NCBI GenBank assembly: GCA_946965045.2
Contig: OX337234.1
Span: 1,860,001 to 1,924,000, forward strand
Reading direction: 5' to 3'
Origin: Epithemia pelagica
Taxonomy: Eukaryota; Protista; Bacillariophyta
DNA: 64,000 bases
This document shows positions 57,792 to 64,000 of this stretch, piece by piece. The notes under the pieces were generated by a model. That model worked only from the letters and a program-made list of their open reading frames with translations, did not search any database and had not been told where the DNA came from. The first letter of the stretch is position 1; each line of letters begins with the position of its first letter. Both the position numbers and the translations under genes were made by a program.

Positions 57792-58694
57792 ATGCAATCA
57801 CCTGACAATCTGTCGCTTTCCTCTGGGGCAGGAGGCGCGGGTGGGCCTGGGTATCATCGTATTCGAACTCAACCTGAGGAGAGCATTTTAAATGGTGTCG
57901 ACAATAACCTAGGAAATGGCAATGGGGAGCTTGGCATCCAGGATGGGAATTCTCATACCGCGGTATCTGTGAATGATGAAGATGAAGATGACGCTGATGA
58001 ATTCGACATACCTCAAGTAGGAAGCGGCAAAGGCTCCACGGGTGATGGATATCATCAAGTTAATCAAGACCAACCTCTACCACAAGAACTTGATAAACCT
58101 CAGTCATCTGTCGTGCACAATCGCTCACGAAACAATAGCTGGGACCTCGAAGGAGGGGATCTATTTGAAGATGATGAAGAAGAAGATGCACAAGTTGTTC
58201 GGAGATATGCATACCGGAATCGCATACCCATTGTTCCAGCCGAGTTTTCACATCAACCTCTTCCTCGACGACTGTGGCAATCCTTTGTCGAGCTTCGAAC
58301 GGCTGCTCGCCAACGTCGCGCAGCACGATTGTTGAACAACTCACAATACACACCGACGAGCCATTGTATCTTGACATGGTGCTGTGATGCAACTGATCGT
58401 GGCATTGCGCTGGTGGCGATTCTGATATTGGTTTGGTTGGTTGTCGGCTGGACCACGAATGTGTTTACTGGATATTGGCTGTTGGGAATGATTCTGTTTA
58501 CGATTCGAGTTTCGGCGCGGACAACCTATGAAACGATCATGGCACGAAAACGGGGAAGATCCAGTAGCGGGGGAGGGGTAACTTTACGGGGATCTCATAT
58601 CACTTCACCCTCACAGTCGTTGCCATCCACCACACCGTCGTCTCCGCCCAGATCTTCGCTGGAAATGACAAACGATTACAGAGACCATGCGTAG
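57792..58694 (+). CDS. hypothetical protein with acidic disordered N-terminus and two C-terminal TM helices
   Basis: Long ORF with two hydrophobic segments. Start codon uncertain. Confidence 0.65.
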   Translation: MQSPDNLSLSSGAGGAGGPGYHRIRTQPEESILNGVDNNLGNGNGELGIQDGNSHTAVSVNDEDEDDADEFDIPQVGSGKGSTGDGYHQVNQDQPLPQELDKPQSSVVHNRSRNNSWDLEGGDLFEDDEEEDAQVVRRYAYRNRIPIVPAEFSHQPLPRRLWQSFVELRTAARQRRAARLLNNSQYTPTSHCILTWCCDATDRGIALVAILILVWLVVGWTTNVFTGYWLLGMILFTIRVSARTTYETIMARKRGRSSSGGGVTLRGSHITSPSQSLPSTTPSSPPRSSLEMTNDYRDHA

Positions 58695-59853
58695 AAATGT
58701 ACTACACAGTTTCACATTTGTCATGGCTTCCTTCCCATACAAAAAAGTCACATAGAAGATAGAACATTCACATGGTATGAGACTCCTTTGATGTCGTCGA
58801 AAGGGACACGGTATTGATGATGATGATGTTCAATTTTCAGAGTTGCAAGTGATATTGTAAGTCCTGGTTTCTCTGAAGTTTCCTGATGCTCGCATATTCG
58901 AAAATGCCCGAACCATTGTTCATCTTAGAAGTGTTATCCAACCAATGCCCATAAATCATCTTGTCATCTCGTTGAATACTAGTCATACGGCGTACTACTA
59001 GTGCTTTCGACTTTCCATATCACTAGCTACAACAGATACGGGTATTGTTACAAATATGAACATTGTACGGGTCTTGGAATATGCCTTGTCAAGTACGAGT
59101 ATATGATGCTCATCACAGAGCCGCAGAGAATCCGAGAGACAACATGCTCATTCTCCAACTCCATTCTCCGTGCACTCGCGATACGTAAAAACAGATATCA
59201 AAAAACGCTATGGCCACTTCAAACCGGTACACAACCCGTACCCATTTCGACGCCAGCGAATCAGGGAGGATTCATAGTCCATAGTTTCTCAACCGTTGCC
59301 TGGTTTACTGGGGTGATCAATGATGCTTTGGAGGGAACCCGAGAAGATCTGCAACTCAGCTTTCAGTTTCCAGTTGCTCCTGATCCCAATGACAACTTCC
59401 ATTTCGCAAGACTATCAAAGATCCTTTATTCAACTGAATTCGTAACCTCATTCCTGACCACAGCTTTCAGTTTCCATGTGCTCCTGTTACCAATGATAAC
59501 GTTGGTCCAAATCGCACCAACCGACCCAATCGGCAATTCCATGCCTCCTTATCCAGTTGAGCGAGATTGAGGTCGCCTCAATCGATTGAACACAGCTACC
59601 TCGATTGGTCGATTGAACACAGCTACCTCGATTGGTTCGACCACTAATATCCGCATGACTTTTTGCGAAGGAGAGCATGACCGCCTAGAGGCCAGAGAAC
59701 TGTCACTTTCACAGCGAAACCTGCCTACTTGACGAGAATACAAACATATTGCTGGGATATCAAGGATCAAGTACGAGTTTTGGGATTCCAACTACCCAGC
59801 GGAAGTTCTACCACAGCTGTAGTCTCAACTACGGCAGGAGCAGAGTTGCGTCA

Positions 59854-62800
59854 TTAATGATGCATCAGATGTTCGCACCCTGTCCTCTCCTCAATGAAGT
59901 CATTGAGAAAGTTGATTCGACTCAGAATGCCAACGACTTCGCCACCTGTTTGTCCGCCAAGAACAACCAAATGTCGGAGGCCCATCGACGTGAATAGAAG
60001 ATACGCCTTGCTGACTGGCATATGTTCATGGACGCAATAACTGCAAACAGTGCATGCAAGTTAGTTCAACTCTTTTCACGCCTAAACAAGTCAGACATTT
60101 TGCATGACCGTGACCTACCTTCCAATGTTCATGACATCCCCAACCGGAACATATTTGTCCTCGTAGGTAGGATCAAGCCATTTCACATAGACATTCCCAC
60201 GTCGATTCAACCCAACCGTAGCGACGTTTCGACGCCGTGACTGGATCGATGATATCACCGATGAACCTTGATGCGTTGGCACCAACGGCATAGTATCTAG
60301 CGAGGAACGAAGGCCACCGTGGCTAGAGACAACTGTAGAGTGGGCTTCCAAATGTTCATGGGCTCGGTGAGTCGCAAGTAACCACGCATTGTTGTCATAG
60401 TCATCTTCATCGAGCATTCGATCAGTCTCTGTTGACGTAAGATTTGTGCCCACAGTCCCCGCATCCACTGCTTCGTTCTCGCCAGAATTGGTCGCCTTGG
60501 CAGCAGGTTGCTTTCCTCGCATCGGGAAATGTTCTTTGTGCTCTACGTGGGCATATCGATCGGGTCGAATATGATAAGCAAGGAGCATATCAGGAGAGCT
60601 TCCCCATCCGGAAGGACCCATCCAGGATCTGATGCGATTGGTGGTTTGCTGCAACTTGTCTTCGTCTACCTCCTTTTCGAATACACCACATTCCAAAAGA
60701 GCAACGAGCTGGTCCCGACGGACAAGACCAACAAACCGATTGGTTGCAGGATCAACAACAGGGAAACCGTTGTGAACGGATTGTTTCAAAAGACGAACAA
60801 TGGTATGTGCCTTCTCTCGTGGACCTAAGGTTATCGCGGGCTTACTCATAATATCTCGAACTGGGAAAACATCATAGACTTTCTTATCACCTGAAGAGAC
60901 AATGACAAAAACATGACCATAAGACGCGAATGCACGGATACTCATGCTTGACGCAACTTGTGAGTACTCACCTGGTTCCAGATACGGAAACATGTTGATA
61001 TCCATTGAGAGTTCATACAGACCATGTCCGCTTATTCGATCCCCTATGTACTTCGCCACCATCACCGTCAAAATGACAGGAATGAGCGTTTTCACTTGAC
61101 CCGTCCCTTCGACCAATATGACGCAGATGCTAACAGTGGTTCTCTGAATCCCAGCCAGCAACGCCGCTGCTCCCAAAAGCGAAAAGGTTGCAGGTGCAAT
61201 GTCTGGACTCAACCACCGCTGAAACAGCAAACCAGCAGCACCGCCCATCGAAGAACCGATCAAGAACGTGGGCATAAAAATACCAGACGGCAGTGCGACA
61301 CCAAGGGTCAGTGTCATGCAAAAGAAGAAAAGGATCCCGGTTGTCCAGAGTGTCATTGGGTGGAATTGGGACGGATTACTTAGAATGTCGCTGATAGCAT
61401 CTTCTCTGTTCCCAAAGAAAATTGTCGCTAGTTCGTTGATATGACCATGTGGGCAATCAAACTGGTGAGAATGGTCCATGTAGGCATCGAGAAAGAAGCT
61501 GCTCTTATCAGCATCTTCATGGCTGGAAACATTACGGCACGTCCAATTTGTCATCCGGAGAAGAGGAACATAATACATCAAACTTGACGTGAGAACGCTT
61601 ACAACAGCAACTTCCGTCAACTTCCATCGGTTTGGCCATGTCTTTGCCGGAAAGAATTGCTTTCTCCAGAGTTGTATAAATTTCCAAAAGTTGCAAAATA
61701 GGCCACCCATGATGCCTCCCATGACAGCAACAACAAAGTACAGAGGCAACTCTTCAACTCGATTCAAAAAGATATTGTCGTCGGGCGTTTGGAACTTTCC
61801 CAGCGAGATAATGCTAAACTCACTGAGGTCACCATGATAAACTGAAAGCAAGAACGTTCCAACGACAGTTGCGGTCAAAGTTTTGACAAACATGGAGCTG
61901 TCAAAGTATGTACTTGTTTCCTCGATGGCGAAGAGGAGACCTCCGATAGGTGCTCCAAAAGCTGCGGCGAAACCTGCAGCTGATCCAATACTCACAAGGA
62001 TCCTCCGTTCTTTATCAGTCGAAAAATGCGACAAGTCCATTGTTACAAATTTCCAGAAACTGTGAGAGAACGAGCTCGGAGGGAACCAGCTGCACAAGAA
62101 ATTTGGCAGCTTGGTGCACGAGGCTCCACAAATGGCACCGATCTGCACCAACGGGCCTTCTGGACCAATTGCCAAATCTGTCGAAACGGACAATATTGTT
62201 CCCGCGATTTTGACTAGAAAGAGGCGTAAACTGCTGAAGCGCTGGACTCTTACTCCATTGAGAAACGCCTTGACTTCGGGTATACCGGAACCGACAGCAT
62301 TGGGAGACACAAAAAGACAAAGCATCGATGACAGAAGAGCGAGGAGGAGATTGGATCCGGCATAAACAAGGAAGGTTGATAAACCTTTATGTCCTTCCCT
62401 CCATAAATTGTCTAAGTAATGTGATCGGAAGTCTCTGATCCGTTTCGCTGCAAAAATGGTGGTGAGATCGTACGTTCCATGACGACGCGAGGAAGACTTT
62501 GTTCAATCTACTCACTTTGGTAGGCCAAGAAAATTGCAATGGTAGCGGTGAGCAATCCAGTCAAGACACAAAAGAACCATCCGGTGGCCGTTCGTCCCGT
62601 GTATCCCCATGGAAATGGTGGCTTTTTCTTCCGAGTTGACTGCGATGGTGCTCCAAGGACGGGGGTGCGTGTGGATAAATCGGTTGGACTGTCCTCAATC
62701 GCATCGTATCGAGCTTGTGCATATTCTTCGTTTTCCGCCAAAGGTATACTCTCCGGTATCGCACCTTCTTGACCGTCTTTTCTCGAGTCGTTGGAGGAAC

Positions 62801-63089
62801 AGCCCATCGGTGCAAGGTAGCGATCCCTGGACGCTTCAATCGAAAAGTTGTTGACGACGCGTTCAAAGTCGAGGCCACTTGGATAGACAAGGTTCATCGT
62901 AGAAATATTTTTTCTGGAATCGTTGTACTTATCATAAAAGGGGCGGCGAGATGCTCGTATCTTTGCAAATGACGATTTGGAAGATACATTCTCGACAAGA
63001 AAGCCTTTGAGGGGCACTTCTTCTGTTGCTACCTCCATCGTCCGTTCGCTACGGCTATGTGGGTCCGAGTTTCTGTCTTCTTCTTCCAT
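59854..63089 (-). CDS. CLC-family chloride channel/antiporter with two CBS domains, 4 exons
   Basis: Introns 62448-62515, 60891-60971 and 60041-60118. Motifs GSGIPE, GPEGP, LFAIEE, PSGIFMP. The last exon YCVHEHMPVSKAYLLFTSMGLRHLVV is the second CBS domain. Confidence 0.93.
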
Positions 63090-63750
63090 GGTTCAAACGA
63101 CTTGTTTTCATGGTTTTACGGTCGAGGTCGCCGCTCATCAAACGAGGGTGGAGTTGGAGATGGATGAGAGATGGCAGATGGCACCTATGGTGGTGGGGGT
63201 GGGGCGGAGGATCAGCCGCGACCGGAACATCAAGAATAATCCCCCGGCAGTTCATTGTTTTGTGGGAAGTCGTGAATCGGCCGGCGTTCTTTCGTATTTT
63301 GCGCTCGTGTTGGTGGAAGAAATGAGAGAATCGGCCGGCTCGCGTGGAGTGCCATCCAATGAAGTTCGAGCCAAGTCGCACAACCCATCGGGGACATCGA
63401 GTAATGTCAATTCCCCAATATTTCAGGATCACGGATGGAAAGCTCGAGAAGACTTATAATTGAATTACAGAAACGCACGCTTTTGCGATCGATCCGTACT
63501 CGGAACCCCGGACGAGTACTTACCGATCTAAATCCGATCTATTAGCGCACGCTCGCCAAATGATGATTTATGATATCTACAGATCCGTTTATTTTTAATG
63601 TATTTTGCCGTCGTGGACGATCCGCTCTCTTTCGATCTTTTGACAAATGCAGATTATACCATAACTGGGAAAGGAAGGACCAAGTTGGTCTTTGAGCGAA
63701 AGCATTGACGTTATTGCATCGTTCTCCACTTTATTGAAACAACATCAACC

Positions 63751-63975
63751 ATGTAGGTCGTTTGCGTTGAAATGCGAGTTCTGTTTGGGCAACCCGAGTT
63801 GTGGACTGATTAGGTTGGGTTAACATGACAAATGACAATCGCTTACCGTTTTTCTTGCTCGCGTCACAGGGTTTCGTTTCGCCGTAAGAACAAGAAGGAA
63901 GAGCCGGTGAAAGAGGCTGCGACAAAGCCCGCTCCTAAGGAAGAGCCTGCCCCGGCTCCTGCTGCTTCCAAGAAG
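63751..63975 (+). CDS. 5' end of a gene for a Lys/Glu/Pro/Ala-rich protein (truncated by the window)
   Basis: AT|gtaggt...cacag|G GTT TCG gives MVSFRRKNKKEEPVKEAATKPAPKEEPAPAPAASKK, followed by a donor gtaagc at 63976. Confidence 0.55.
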
Positions 63976-64000
63976 GTAAGCTTTATATTGCTGTTTTTTA

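Noticed and set aside
58815-58876. TGATGA...CTGA suggesting a box C/D snoRNA
   Set aside because: The C box falls in a (GAT)n microsatellite, there is no terminal stem, and no guide target was recognised.
58700-59800. ORF 59001..59570, a 27-bp tandem duplication (about 59582-59636) and a repeated ggaaactgaaagctg
   Set aside because: No coherent frame or domain on either strand. It may be a heavily decayed gene but cannot be supported.

Overview
Eukaryotic nuclear DNA, most likely from a diatom. The basis is CoDi-type Ty1/copia gag motifs, short GT-AG introns and a diatom-like gene set; the taxon is inferred. The first 17 kb is a stack of transposons. (i) The 5' part of a decayed copia gag-pol (-) runs off the window edge. 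(ii) An ~8.5 kb tyrosine-recombinase (DIRS/Ngaro-type) retrotransposon (-) has gag, pol and YR broken by single stops or one frameshift. Its pol begins with what looks like a degenerate C5 cytosine-methyltransferase fold and ends with a Dam-like segment. (iii) A Mutator-like DDE transposase lies convergent with a putative Cys-His-Asp protease ORF. Host genes follow at 17-34 kb: CDF metal transporter, triple-HMG protein, RPL18A, DEAD-box helicase, GH16, MINDY deubiquitinase, a decayed HNH-type gene, cathepsin and a coiled-coil protein. A tandem pair of H/ACA-like structured RNA candidates sits at 20.6-20.9 kb. At 34.6-44.5 kb two head-to-head PIF/Harbinger-type MITEs form a palindrome. One arm is split by a young, intact 8.4 kb copia element (783-bp LTRs, GGTAA TSD) that has an extra upstream ORF and a primer site matching a tRNA-Asn anticodon arm. 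From 45 to 64 kb are GH78 rhamnosidase, a 4-TM protein, an MBOAT acyltransferase, a second YR relic, cyclin B, SEM1/DSS1, a CLC channel and the start of a gene whose ATG appears split by an intron. All domain assignments are by-eye motif recognition; no database searches were run.
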